A stretch of 64,000 bases of DNA from Vampirovibrionales bacterium (GCA_029866025.1 JARXAD010000011.1:24306-88305), one strand, 5' to 3'. Positions 17,284-27,974 are shown, counted from the stretch's first letter. Notes: generated by a model from the letters alone, not told the origin. Program-made: numbers and translations.

Positions 17284-18672
17284 CTATTTTTGAGTGGTGG
17301 GTTGGGCAGATAGATACTGAGAGTTTTTGGTAATCACGTTGGCCACGGTTTGAGCAAAATTCTGGTAGCGCTCAATGATGTCTTCTGCTTTTTCATTGCC
17401 TTTTCGATTTCCTTCAGATTTCCATTTTTCCACCATTAGACGGATCAATGAATCCACCTCAAAGCGCTTCCTGTGTGGGAATTGATGCGTTACAACGACC
17501 AGTTCCTGTTGCTCCAAGGGCCGATCCAAATGGCCCGCATTCATATCGATATAACGTTTGTAGTCATATACCGGGTCATATTTATTGTCTAAAAACAACG
17601 CTGCGGAAGTGCGTGGCTCTTTTAGTTCGTCTTCTGTGGCCAGTACCGCATGCCACGTGGCACTAATAGGATTTGCCATCCGCTTGGTGGCTAAATCCAT
17701 TTGCCGCCCCAGCTGAATGAGCAATTCTCCGGGCTGGGCTTGGACTTTAATCCACTTGTCTAAGGGAACACTCCGTGCGCCGACTTCCGTTTCCACCTTG
17801 TAGTTAGTGGCAACCGAATGCGGCAACACATACAAGCCTTCTTTTTCACTGGCAGGCAGTACCGTAATGTAGCCGTAGTCCAGATGTGGCTCTAAACGCA
17901 CGTATTGGTCGCCCTCGGTACTGGATAATGTATCCGTAATTGTGGCATTATCTTTTTTTAATTGGTTGGCATCGGGGTAGTAAATTTGTCGCATGGATGC
18001 GCTCGCCGCAACGGGTTTTGTCCCGTATTCCAGAGTGTCGCCAAAAATTTGTTTGGCCAACAATCCATCGGTTTTGCCTTCATAGATGAGGCTAATCACC
18101 TCTATCATATCTTTGGCAGTGGGTTGTAGGGCATCAAACAGGGCAATGCCATTGTTGGTTAGGGCCTCATGACCCTTCATCCACACATTGCTTTCGTGTC
18201 CAACCAAAAATAAGCGTTTCGGGTCGCCCTGTTTTAATTGAAGCCCCCTGAACTGGTTAATGTCCGGCGTATTGTAGGGCCAAAGTTGGTCTAACTCCTG
18301 CTTTAGCACGTTGGCTGTTGTTGCAAAAGAGCGATTGACCAGTTTCTGATCAACCCCATGGTTTATAACCCGAATATAACCGTTTTCTTTTAAGGCCTGT
18401 AGAAATGGGGCCGCTAATTCCATACGCTCTTCGGCTGAGTTGGCAAGAATTAGCTGTGTTTTGAGGTGCTTTAAATCAAATACATTATTGGGCTCACTCA
18501 CATACCCAAAACGAACGGCCTGTAGACGCTGACTGCCGTAAAAGGAAGGTCCCATCTGGTGCAAGCCCAACACCGAAGAAGGGTTAGGAGCAGCCATAGT
18601 TGCTGCTGGATGTAACGCAGGTGTGCGTGATTGCATTTGAAAAACGCTTGGCAGACCCTGAATAACCGTCAT
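17284..18672 (-). CDS. 2-oxoglutarate/Fe(II)-dependent oxygenase (IPNS/2OG-FeII family) with N-terminal extension
   Basis: HLDYGYITVL (HxD), distal WHAV, RTS (RxS), DIOX_N-like GYIRVINHGVD. Confidence 0.85.
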   Translation of the reverse strand: MTVIQGLPSVFQMQSRTPALHPAATMAAPNPSSVLGLHQMGPSFYGSQRLQAVRFGYVSEPNNVFDLKHLKTQLILANSAEERMELAAPFLQALKENGYIRVINHGVDQKLVNRSFATTANVLKQELDQLWPYNTPDINQFRGLQLKQGDPKRLFLVGHESNVWMKGHEALTNNGIALFDALQPTAKDMIEVISLIYEGKTDGLLAKQIFGDTLEYGTKPVAASASMRQIYYPDANQLKKDNATITDTLSSTEGDQYVRLEPHLDYGYITVLPASEKEGLYVLPHSVATNYKVETEVGARSVPLDKWIKVQAQPGELLIQLGRQMDLATKRMANPISATWHAVLATEDELKEPRTSAALFLDNKYDPVYDYKRYIDMNAGHLDRPLEQQELVVVTHQFPHRKRFEVDSLIRLMVEKWKSEGNRKGNEKAEDIIERYQNFAQTVANVITKNSQYLSAQPTTQK

Positions 18673-18855
18673 GATGGATTTCCCCAGTAAGTTCCAATGA
18701 AGTTCCCTTTATGGGACAGATCATGCCGGTAACATGGCAATCGTTCAAGAGAGAGGCAAGAGCCTTGGCTTGCATGTGATGCTTATTATTGCAATACTAT
18801 TTCATTATCGATCATTTTGGCCGCAATTACCCTGCTTTACAGCCTTTATAAACCC

Positions 18856-20451
18856 ATGCCGTCTGTTACCGCTCAACTCAATCATTGGATTGCCCGCCAA
18901 GAAAGTAAGGTGGGCACCTATCAGGTATTCAAGTCCAAGGCCTTTGTACCGTGGCTGGCACCCTTGGGTATTGGGCTGGGTGTAGCAGCCACAGCGTATG
19001 ATGTGGCCCATGCCCCCACCTACGAGCAAAAACACAAGGTGATGGTGCGCGATACCTTAACCATGTTGGGCACGGTGTTGGGTAGCTGGCTGGCCTTTAA
19101 AATAAACACCCCACGCGAATCATCGGCTGCCATTAGTGACAAACGCCTGCCCACGGGCTGGGGATGGGCCGATGCGTGGTACAAAAAAATCACCAAAAGC
19201 GACGGTGTGGACCATGCCCACAGCATTGCCGATAATTTTTTGGAAGCCACCCACAAAGTACGCAGCCCTCTTAATCGCCTAAAAGCTCTGTTTGAATCGC
19301 CCATGCATTCCCACATGGGCAAAGCACTACTCAAGTTGGGGGTGTTGTCGTTTGTACCCATCTTTCTGGGGGGCATTCCTTTTGGGGCACTAGCCGATAA
19401 AATCAACGGCGAAAACTTGGGCCAAACCGTGCCTATGAAGCTAAAAGAAGGCATTTTTCAGTGGGTGGGCAACATTATGTTTTGCACCCTCAGTATTTGG
19501 GCCATGGCCAAGGGCAGCCGTGCGGCTGTTACCAAACTATGGGAAGCATCGCCCAAGTTTCAGCGGTGGATCGAAACCCGTGTCACTTCTCGTTTGGCCC
19601 GTATGGCCGAGGCTTTTAAAGCCTCTAACATAGACTCTCCTCCTTTGGGAGGCATCCCCACAGGCTTAACCACCCCATTGGCGTATCGCATCCGTAATTT
19701 TAAGCACCAACCGGCTTCTAAGCTTATTGAGAGTCTGGAAAATCACTTCTTCAACGATCGGCACCACATGGAAAACGGCAAGCTGATTGATATTCATTAC
19801 TCGTTGTTTGATGGCAAAACAGAGCGACCCTTGATTGAGAAAGAGTGGAGTGCGCTGAAACAGTGGTTAACAGACAACCACACCACTGCCAAAGACACGG
19901 AAAAGCTCAAGCGCCTTCAGCATTTTTACGGGCTGCTAGCGGAAAAGGACTTAACAGGCTTGATGCTTAATAAAGCCAACACCGTGGCAAATTTATCGTT
20001 AACCGCACGGGACGCATTGGGCGATGTGATTGGGGCCGTGAGCGGTGTGGCAGTGGGTATTTTTGGTGGAGCCGTCGTGTCTAATACCCTTAATAGTGTT
20101 ATGAGCAATGTGTTTGGCCTACCCAAAACCCATGAAATGACGGGCTTGTTTAGCAAAGTGCACAATCACCACGGCCAACCGAAAGACGGCGATGGGATTG
20201 GGGCGGGCGCTTTGGGTACTCGAGGCATCCATTGGTGGGATGCGGGCATGCACTTGGATGACTTACCCACCGCGTTGTACATGGCAGGCATGCATGTGAT
20301 TGAATCCGCCATTCAGCTGCTGTATGGGATGAGTGGCTTTATGGCAGGTAATGCGGGTACAAATTACACCGTGCCCCAGTCTCATAACCATCCCCCAGCC
20401 TTAACGCCCCAGCAAATTGCCGCACGATTTAAGCGACTAAGCCAACAATAG
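18856..20451 (+). CDS. Hypothetical multi-pass membrane protein
   Basis: About 531 aa from ATG 18856, with several Gly-rich hydrophobic helices and His-rich patches. Confidence 0.75.
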   Translation: MPSVTAQLNHWIARQESKVGTYQVFKSKAFVPWLAPLGIGLGVAATAYDVAHAPTYEQKHKVMVRDTLTMLGTVLGSWLAFKINTPRESSAAISDKRLPTGWGWADAWYKKITKSDGVDHAHSIADNFLEATHKVRSPLNRLKALFESPMHSHMGKALLKLGVLSFVPIFLGGIPFGALADKINGENLGQTVPMKLKEGIFQWVGNIMFCTLSIWAMAKGSRAAVTKLWEASPKFQRWIETRVTSRLARMAEAFKASNIDSPPLGGIPTGLTTPLAYRIRNFKHQPASKLIESLENHFFNDRHHMENGKLIDIHYSLFDGKTERPLIEKEWSALKQWLTDNHTTAKDTEKLKRLQHFYGLLAEKDLTGLMLNKANTVANLSLTARDALGDVIGAVSGVAVGIFGGAVVSNTLNSVMSNVFGLPKTHEMTGLFSKVHNHHGQPKDGDGIGAGALGTRGIHWWDAGMHLDDLPTALYMAGMHVIESAIQLLYGMSGFMAGNAGTNYTVPQSHNHPPALTPQQIAARFKRLSQQ

Positions 20452-20482
20452 AGCGTTAACCAAAAAAGTAGGCTGTGCCTAT

Positions 20483-22126
20483 CTACCCGAGTCGTTGGTT
20501 AGGGGGTGTTTCGTAGAGACTGAGATCGGGTTGGGTTTGCAGCGCATGATTCAGAGCCCATTCTCCCTTAAACAACAGCATAGGACGGTTCTCACTGTCT
20601 CGAGCAGGTTTGGCGTTGTGGAGTCCTTTGACCTTGGCCAACACTTCGTCATCATCGTCCAACCAACGGGCGTGGGTAAATTCTGGCATAGGGGTAAGGC
20701 GAGTGATCACGCCGTACTCATGCTCCAAGCGGTGTTGCACCACTTCAAATTGCAGTTGGCCCATAGCCGCTAAAATTTGGTTTTCGTAGCCGCCACCAAA
20801 GTCGCCGCTTTCTTGCAGGGTGATGATTTGAATAGCCCCCTCACGGCCCAGTTGCTCAAGGCCCTTGGTAAATTGCTTGTATTTGGCGGTGTTGGGGTTG
20901 TAAATACCGGCAAACACTTTGGGAGAAAAGGTGGGCACGCCGCCAAATTGCACCGGCTTTTTGGGATTGCCACTGTAAATGGTATCTCCAATGGAAAACA
21001 CGCCTTGGTTGCTGGTAAGGCCGATGACATCGCCGGCAAAGCCTTCGGTGTGGGTGTCGCGGTCTTGCCCAAACAACTTGTGGGCGTGGGTCAATCGTAC
21101 TGATTTACCCGTGGGCGTGTGTTGCACCACCATGTCTTTTTCAAACTGGCCGCTGCAAATGCGCACAAAGGTCATGCAGTCGCGGTGGCTGGGGTTCATG
21201 TTGGCCTGAATTTTAAAGACGTAGGCGGAAAAATCATCACTCTCGGGGGCAATCAGCCCGTTGTTTTCACAATCGCGGGGGCGGGGCGCAGGGGCCAACG
21301 GTAAAAAGGTATCCAAAAACAGTTGGACCCCAAAGTTATTGGCAGCACTGCCAAAAAACACGGGGGTTAGCTGACCGTTTAAGTATTCTTCGTGGGAATA
21401 CTCGTGGCCGACGCCATCCAAAATATCAATCTCGTCTTCAAATTCTTTAATAACGGCAAGGTCTGCCCCTTGGCTGGCCAAAAAGGCTTCAAATTCGGCA
21501 TCATGACGGGCCATCACATCCACCGGTGCTTTATAAGCCCCGTGGGCGGTGCGTTCAAAGGTGTGTAGCTGATGCTTGCGACGATCGTATACCCCTTTAA
21601 AGCGTTCTCCACTGCCCAAGGGCCAGTTAAAGGCGCAGGGCTTGATGTTAAAGATGCTTTCCACTTCGTCCAGCAGTTCCAACGGGCCCCTACCTTCTCT
21701 GTCCATTTTGTTGATGAAGGTGACCACTGGAATGTTGCGCAGGCGGCAGACTTTAAACAGTTCCTTGGTTTGGGCTTCCACGCCTTTGGCGTTGTCGATT
21801 AGCATAATCACGCTATCGGCGGCCATCAGGGTGCGATAGGTGTCTTCAGCAAAGTCTTTGTGGCCAGGGGTATCCAGCAGGTTAATCTGGTAACCACCGT
21901 ATTCAAAGTTCAACACCGTGGAGCTAATGGAGATGCCGCGCTGTTTTTCAATGGCCATCCAATCCGATGACGTTTGACGTTGCTGTTTTTTGGCTGTGAC
22001 GGAACCGGCCAAATTGACGGCACCGCCGTAGAGCAATAGTTTTTCCGTCAGGGTGGTCTTCCCCGCATCGGGGTGAGAAATAATGGCAAAGGTGCGGCGG
22101 CAGGCCACTTCGGTAGCGTAAGTCAC
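20483..22126 (-). CDS. prfC: Peptide chain release factor 3
   Basis: RRTFAIISHPDAGKTTLTEKLLLYGGA, SDWMAIEKQRGISISS, LLDTPGHKDFAEDTYR, GQLQFEV. Start moved to GTG 22126. Confidence 0.97.
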   Translation of the reverse strand: MTYATEVACRRTFAIISHPDAGKTTLTEKLLLYGGAVNLAGSVTAKKQQRQTSSDWMAIEKQRGISISSTVLNFEYGGYQINLLDTPGHKDFAEDTYRTLMAADSVIMLIDNAKGVEAQTKELFKVCRLRNIPVVTFINKMDREGRGPLELLDEVESIFNIKPCAFNWPLGSGERFKGVYDRRKHQLHTFERTAHGAYKAPVDVMARHDAEFEAFLASQGADLAVIKEFEDEIDILDGVGHEYSHEEYLNGQLTPVFFGSAANNFGVQLFLDTFLPLAPAPRPRDCENNGLIAPESDDFSAYVFKIQANMNPSHRDCMTFVRICSGQFEKDMVVQHTPTGKSVRLTHAHKLFGQDRDTHTEGFAGDVIGLTSNQGVFSIGDTIYSGNPKKPVQFGGVPTFSPKVFAGIYNPNTAKYKQFTKGLEQLGREGAIQIITLQESGDFGGGYENQILAAMGQLQFEVVQHRLEHEYGVITRLTPMPEFTHARWLDDDDEVLAKVKGLHNAKPARDSENRPMLLFKGEWALNHALQTQPDLSLYETPPNQRLG

Positions 22127-22251
22127 GAGGTTAAGAACCTTAATGGGGCAATAAACAGTCCGCAATAAAACGTGACTCTAGGGTACCGTAAAGATATGAA
22201 TACTGATTCGTTACGGGTATCGCCTGAAAGGACATTCACACAATCCATTGA

Positions 22252-23316
22252 TTAGGCGATCGCTTTTGAATTCACTGTGGCTTTCTGCTGCCTTCCTCTA
22301 GCCAAGGACTTTACCGTATTTAAAATTTCACGGTATAAGTGTATTCTCGCATGATGAAACGCAGGAAATGCGTCGTATAACATGCTTGGGGTTGGGTTAA
22401 CCTCTAATACATAAATCTCGCCGTTAACCGATCGCCCAATATCTACCCCTGCCCATTTAAGCCCAATGCGGTTAACAGCCTCTTCAGCAATAGCTGCCAT
22501 TTCCATATTAATTTCAGCAGTCTCTCGGCCACCGCCCTTTTTAATGTTTGTAGCAAGCTCACCTGGGGCCGAGATATTTTTTGCAACCATTCGAGTTTTT
22601 CCGTTAATTACAAAATAGCGGTAGTCTACTACCCTTTTTTCCCCAGTGGCTGGGTTCATTTCGGTTTCAAGTGCTATCTGCTCTTGAACCAAGCGATTGG
22701 GAGCTATGTGATTTGAGAGTTCCGATTTTTTCACAAACCAAACACCATCCCCCCCTGAAGATCCTTGGGCCTGCTTTACAACAACATCCTCGGGTAATTG
22801 ATCGAGCTCTTTTTGGCTAAGCTCTTTTGATAAATCAAAGGTTAGGGGTAAGTTGGCGAATCCGTGTTCTTTTAAAAACTGATAACACTTTAATTTATCG
22901 TCGGACTTTTTAATGGCTTCTGCTGAGTTAAGTACAGAAATATTTGCGTCTTGCAATTTTTGAAGAATACTTAGCGTAAATGGTGTTTGTTGCTTTGCTC
23001 CAATAACGGGTAACACAGAAAAAAATGGAAGATGAGTTAACGAATAAATTTTACCTGCAATGGTTAATACCCAACCCTTTGGACCCTTTTTAAAGGATTC
23101 TGGATAAATAACAATGGGTTTTGACCCAGTTTGCTTCGCTAATCGAATTAAATACTTGGCATTGGGTGCATACCGCCCCTTAATTTTCGTGGTGAGAATG
23201 GCATAATGTGCTGGTTTTAGCTCAGTAGCATGAATCTTATGAGGGGATTTACGACCAAAGTGTACAAGCATCTTGGTTTCTCTTGTTGTAGCTGTAGTTG
23301 CTTTCCTTTCAAACAA
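22252..23316 (-). CDS. RimK-family ATP-grasp ligase with N-terminal extension
   Basis: DDKLKCY, VVVKQAQGSSGGDGV, LVQEQI, DYRYFVINGK, ATNIKKGG, AGVDI, VLEVNPTP. DNA visibly AT-richer than its neighbours. Confidence 0.85.
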   Translation of the reverse strand: MFERKATTATTRETKMLVHFGRKSPHKIHATELKPAHYAILTTKIKGRYAPNAKYLIRLAKQTGSKPIVIYPESFKKGPKGWVLTIAGKIYSLTHLPFFSVLPVIGAKQQTPFTLSILQKLQDANISVLNSAEAIKKSDDKLKCYQFLKEHGFANLPLTFDLSKELSQKELDQLPEDVVVKQAQGSSGGDGVWFVKKSELSNHIAPNRLVQEQIALETEMNPATGEKRVVDYRYFVINGKTRMVAKNISAPGELATNIKKGGGRETAEINMEMAAIAEEAVNRIGLKWAGVDIGRSVNGEIYVLEVNPTPSMLYDAFPAFHHARIHLYREILNTVKSLARGRQQKATVNSKAIA

Positions 23317-23449
23317 TAGGGGTCATTTAAGGGGTAGCAACTAAAACTTTAAAAAGTGCACTATTTTTAGCTACTATTTGTGCAGGGCACAAGCTAAACT
23401 TTATCAAGTCTTATGAATGTATAAAATTGCTCTTTAAATTGTCGTGAAA

Positions 23450-25318
23450 TTATCGTGCACTAACCGGCAAGCTGGGGCGGTGAAAAAAGCGGTTGAGCTC
23501 ATCGGCTTTAATGGTGTGGGCAATGGGGCGACCATGAGGGCAGGTCCACGGCAGGGTGCAGGCCAGCCAATCCGCCACCACATGCTCCATATCGCTGTGG
23601 CTTAGTACATCACCGGCCCGAACCGCTCTGTGGCACGACATCGTCGCTAAGCAGTCGTCCAAAGGCAGCTCGGTGGCATCACCTTGGGCAAACTGATTGA
23701 GGACATGGGCAAACCATGTTTGGGGAGATTCGTGACTCCCAGCGCTTTCCCCATACACGGCAGGAATGGCCGATAAAGTCAGCGTATTCTCGGCCACGGC
23801 CAGTGAAAACTGAAACCCTAAGGCTTCAAAGGATGACTGGTGTTCGGCAGCAATGGCGGTCTCTTTAGGTGTGAGTATTATGGGCGTGCTGGCGAGCAAA
23901 GGTTGAGAAATAGGCGCTTCGATTTCTTCGGCACACTTAAAACGTTCAAACCACGCGCGCTCGCTGGCAATGTGTTGATCCACCACCATCAGGCCTTGTG
24001 GGGTTTCTAGCAAAATGTAGGTATTGAATAACTGACCAATCACTTTCACATTCGGACGACCGTTGGGTGCCGTGGCTGTCGGGGCTTCCGTCGATACGTT
24101 GGCAGGCTGATACAACCCAATGCTGGCTTGAATATGCTGAGTTGACGAGCGAGGTTCAGGATACGAGTGAAATAGCGAGGGTGCCGAATAGCCAGTGGGG
24201 CTTGAAAAATGGCTAGCGGACAAAACACCAGGCACAAACGATTCCGACAGTGCTGCGACCGGTGGCGCAAAATACGTATTGGCACCGGCGGCTTCCAACG
24301 CACGACGCACCGCCGACTTGACCAGGCCAAACACCACATTGGGCTGGGCGTAGCGAACCTCTTTTTTGGTAGGATGCACGTTTACATCAACTTCACTAAG
24401 GGGTAAGGTCAAAAATAAAGCGCTAAAGGGGTATTTACCGGGTGGAAGCAACGATTGATACGCCGCCTCCATGGCTTTGCTCATGACGCTGCACTTTACC
24501 GCGCGCTGATTGACAAAGGTCAGCATGTGGTTCCGTTGCGATTTCATGACGGCTGGGGTGCTGGTAAGCCCTGAGACGCCGTAGTTTAGACCATCATCCA
24601 TTAAAGTGACGTTGATAAAATCACCACCGGGATTTTTGATATGAAACACTTCCCCAAAGGTGGCCGACAGAGACCCGCCGCCACTGGTTTTCACCGCCAC
24701 CCGTTCATCAATGGTTAGCGTAAGTTGCACATTGGGATGAGACAGTGCCAAGCGCTGCACCAGCTCTTCCACGTGGCCTAACTCGGTGGCGGCTTTTTTG
24801 AGGAACTTTAAGCGGGCAGGCACGGTGCTAAACAGGTTGGCAATGGTCATCACCGTGCCCACAGCACAGCCGGTGGGGGTAATGGCAGGCTCACCTGTAG
24901 CGGAGAGAGTAATTTGGGTGCCATGGTCGCAATCTGCAGTGCGGGTTTGGCAGGTCAGCTCACTGACGGCGCCTATACTGGCCAAAGCTTCGCCCCGAAA
25001 ACCAAAAGTGCCGATGGTGTCTAGGTCGGCATCCACCATAATTTTGCTGGTGGCATGGTTAAGAAAGGCCCGCTGGGCGTTTTCTGCCGTCATACCATGG
25101 CCGTTATCAGCAATGCGGAGCCAACGGCCCCCTTGCTGCACTTGAATGTCTACCTTGGTGGCGCCAGCGTCCAAGGCGTTTTCCACCAGCTCTTTTACCA
25201 CACTGGCGGGGCGTTCCACCACTTCGCCCGCCGCTATTTTATTGACCAATGCGGAGGGTAACACCCGAATGGTAGGGCTGGTAGTGGTTTTGCTGGTAGA
25301 GGGAGCTGCGGATGACAT
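23450..25318 (-). CDS. mutL: DNA mismatch repair endonuclease MutL
   Basis: KIAAGEVVERPASVVKELVENALDAGA, GFRGEAL, VDVNVHPTKKEVR, DQHIASER, SCHRA, CPHGRP. Confidence 0.97.
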   Translation of the reverse strand: MSSAAPSTSKTTTSPTIRVLPSALVNKIAAGEVVERPASVVKELVENALDAGATKVDIQVQQGGRWLRIADNGHGMTAENAQRAFLNHATSKIMVDADLDTIGTFGFRGEALASIGAVSELTCQTRTADCDHGTQITLSATGEPAITPTGCAVGTVMTIANLFSTVPARLKFLKKAATELGHVEELVQRLALSHPNVQLTLTIDERVAVKTSGGGSLSATFGEVFHIKNPGGDFINVTLMDDGLNYGVSGLTSTPAVMKSQRNHMLTFVNQRAVKCSVMSKAMEAAYQSLLPPGKYPFSALFLTLPLSEVDVNVHPTKKEVRYAQPNVVFGLVKSAVRRALEAAGANTYFAPPVAALSESFVPGVLSASHFSSPTGYSAPSLFHSYPEPRSSTQHIQASIGLYQPANVSTEAPTATAPNGRPNVKVIGQLFNTYILLETPQGLMVVDQHIASERAWFERFKCAEEIEAPISQPLLASTPIILTPKETAIAAEHQSSFEALGFQFSLAVAENTLTLSAIPAVYGESAGSHESPQTWFAHVLNQFAQGDATELPLDDCLATMSCHRAVRAGDVLSHSDMEHVVADWLACTLPWTCPHGRPIAHTIKADELNRFFHRPSLPVSAR

Positions 25319-25481
25319 GGCGTGGGGAACCGCTAAACGGACCTCTACAGTCTAGCCAAAGTGGAAGCAATCCTCACGTGCCGTGTCGCAACTGTAACAA
25401 ATAGTATGATGAAAAATTCGGAAACAATGATTATGCTTGTCATAAGATAAAATAGTATTTTCTTTGCTGATGTGATCCGAC

Positions 25482-26216
25482 ATGCTGGAAATTATTGACT
25501 ATGGCGGCGGCAACCTGGGCAGTATGACCCGCTGCCTCGAACGCCTCGACATTCCCTACAAACGCGTGGGCGGCAGCGGCCGTTCATCCGTCAGCGCCCA
25601 ACCCAGTGGCAATTACCCGCTGCTGTTTCCCGGCGTGGGAGCCTTTGGTGCCGCCATGCAACACCTCCACGACCGGGCCCTTACCGACCGCATCCGTGGC
25701 CTCGTCAACGACGGTGTCCCCTACCTTGGCGTCTGCATCGGTCTTCAAGTCCTCTTTGAGTCCAGCGAAGAAGCCCCCGACGTCCCCGGATTGGGGTTGT
25801 TGCCAGGCGTCATCAAGCACTACCGCCGTGGCAAAGTTCCCCAAATTGGCTGGAACGCCCTCAAAGAGGGCCCTATTAAATTAAATTCGGCGTTAACCAC
25901 GAATGATCCCTTAAATAAGGCGTCAACAGAGGAAAATCTGGCAACGTTATCGCCGTTAGAAGCGAAACGCCAAGCACTTCGCGTTTTTGTAGCCCAGCAA
26001 GGCGAATCTGCCACCGCCTACTTTGTAAACAGCTATTACCCGGTGCCAGATGCCCCCGAACTGACCCTGTTTACCGCCGATTATTACGGCGATTTTTGCG
26101 CCGCCGCCCAACTGATAGACAGCCAGCGCAACATCACCGCCTTTCAATTTCACCCGGAAAAAAGCGGCCCCTTTGGCCACCAACTCATACAGGAATGGAT
26201 GACCCATGTTGTGTAA
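25482..26216 (+). CDS. hisH: Imidazole glycerol phosphate synthase, glutamine amidotransferase subunit
   Basis: IIDYGGGNLGS, FPGVGAF, LGVCIGLQ, VPQIGWN, FQFHPEKSG; carries an internal insertion. Confidence 0.95.
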   Translation: MLEIIDYGGGNLGSMTRCLERLDIPYKRVGGSGRSSVSAQPSGNYPLLFPGVGAFGAAMQHLHDRALTDRIRGLVNDGVPYLGVCIGLQVLFESSEEAPDVPGLGLLPGVIKHYRRGKVPQIGWNALKEGPIKLNSALTTNDPLNKASTEENLATLSPLEAKRQALRVFVAQQGESATAYFVNSYYPVPDAPELTLFTADYYGDFCAAAQLIDSQRNITAFQFHPEKSGPFGHQLIQEWMTHVV

Positions 26217-26997
26217 ACGCATCATCCCCTGCTTGGATGTCGCCAATGGCCGAACTGTGAAAGGCGTCAACTTTGAACACCTGCGTGACATGGGCGACCC
26301 CGTGGCCATGGCCCTCGCCTACCAAAATCAAGGCGCCGATGAACTGGTGTTTCTCGACATCACCGCCAGTGTGGAGGACCGTGGCACCACCATCCAACTG
26401 GTGCAGCGCGTCGCCCGAGAATTGATGATTCCCTTTACGGTAGGAGGCGGCATTCGCACCGTGGATGACGCCTACCGCTTGTTGGAAGCCGGTGCCGACA
26501 AGGTGTCCGTCAATACGGCCGCTGTCACAAACCCTCAACTCATGACCGACATTGCCACCGCCTTTGGCAACCAATGCTGCGTCCTGGCTATCGATGCCCG
26601 CCAAATGGCGGTTAATGCAACGCACTCCTCGACCACACCCAATGATCATCGGTGGGCAGTGCTAACCCACGGAGGACGAAAGGTAGCCGAGTTGGATGCC
26701 CTAAGTTGGGCCCAGCAGGCGGTAACACTTGGAGCGGGAGAGATTTTACTCACCTCGTGGGACAAAGATGGCACCCGCAGCGGCTTTGATATTGCCCTCA
26801 CTCAAACCTTGGCCACCCAGCTTTCGGTGCCGGTGATTGCTAGTGGCGGGGCCCACAACGCCCAAAGCTTTGTGGATGTATTTACCGATGGCTGCGCCGA
26901 TGCCGCTTTGGCCGCCAGCCTCTTCCACGATGGGGACACGACGGTGCAGTTGCTTAAGCAAACCTTGGCCGCCGAAGGCATTGCCGTACGTTTGTAA
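26206..26997 (+). CDS. hisF: Imidazole glycerol phosphate synthase, cyclase subunit
   Basis: [52 protein letters not shown]. Confidence 0.97.
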   Translation: MLCKRIIPCLDVANGRTVKGVNFEHLRDMGDPVAMALAYQNQGADELVFLDITASVEDRGTTIQLVQRVARELMIPFTVGGGIRTVDDAYRLLEAGADKVSVNTAAVTNPQLMTDIATAFGNQCCVLAIDARQMAVNATHSSTTPNDHRWAVLTHGGRKVAELDALSWAQQAVTLGAGEILLTSWDKDGTRSGFDIALTQTLATQLSVPVIASGGAHNAQSFVDVFTDGCADAALAASLFHDGDTTVQLLKQTLAAEGIAVRL

Positions 26998-27111
26998 CGA
27001 TATTACCGAGACATACCCTATTAGTATCAACAATGCAGTGATTTTTTGTTACTGTTTCCTCGCCACCTCATAATCTGGGGCTGTATTCAAACGTGAGGCA
27101 ACGACGGGAGA

Positions 27112-27588
27112 TTGTTGGTTATGAATTTAAAGACAACCTTACGCTGTTTAATGTTCCCTCTTCTTCTGGGCACCGTAGGCGTGTATGGCCAAACTACGAC
27201 GAAGGGCGATGAAGGAAAATCAGCCGTTTCGTTGACGGCTCAAGACACGTTTCATCGAGCAACGCCTATAAATCAATCCATGTCAGATGAGCAGCGTGCT
27301 GCTATTCTAGAACAAGTGTATACCATTTATGCTAAGCCCTATGGCATGATTCAACATCCCGCCAAAACTAATGACGGAGTCCGCTCAATGAGAGTGGATA
27401 TAAAGAGTACAAAATCCCCAGTTTCGTCTTGTGTTATTTACGAATGGCCGGGCATGAGAATTGCTGAAGAATTTGACCAAAAAAATCGTTATATGGGCAC
27501 ATGGCAAGCAGACTCCACAGGTAAGTGTATTTGCCTGATCGACTCCAGCGGTAAAATCCTTAAAACATTGTCGGCTGTTGCTAAATAA
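27112..27588 (+). CDS. Hypothetical exported protein
   Basis: 158 aa, signal-peptide-like N-terminus, AT-richer DNA. Confidence 0.65.
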   Translation: MLVMNLKTTLRCLMFPLLLGTVGVYGQTTTKGDEGKSAVSLTAQDTFHRATPINQSMSDEQRAAILEQVYTIYAKPYGMIQHPAKTNDGVRSMRVDIKSTKSPVSSCVIYEWPGMRIAEEFDQKNRYMGTWQADSTGKCICLIDSSGKILKTLSAVAK

Positions 27589-27769
27589 TGTAAAACAACG
27601 GACGAGAACCTCGATAATAACTTCATGAGTTTTCTTACATTATAGTTCTATCCATTAAAAGCAATTTGCCCCTCCATCAATACACAACGGCTGTTATTAA
27701 CAAAAGGAATACCCAAAAAGATTGGCTTTAGTCATATCATCTCCCCCGCCTCTTTAAAAATTTTCGGCA

Positions 27770-27964
27770 GTGGCTATTGAAACCGACCAATCCGATGTTG
27801 ACGTTCAAGATGCTATTTTAGATGCAAAAGTGGGACCTTTGGTAAAAGGGGTCAATAGGCTTGGGCACGATCAGCCCGTTATGGTTGAGACTAATAAACC
27901 TGATACACAAGACCAGACTGTAGCCGAGGCCTTAGCGAACCTAGGTTTTACTGTGTTGGCTTAG
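27770..27964 (+). CDS. Small hypothetical protein, HMA-like C-terminal pattern without CxxC
   Basis: 64 aa ending TVAEALANLGFTV; no clear RBS. Confidence 0.35.
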   Translation: MAIETDQSDVDVQDAILDAKVGPLVKGVNRLGHDQPVMVETNKPDTQDQTVAEALANLGFTVLA

Positions 27965-27974
27965 TCAAACATTA

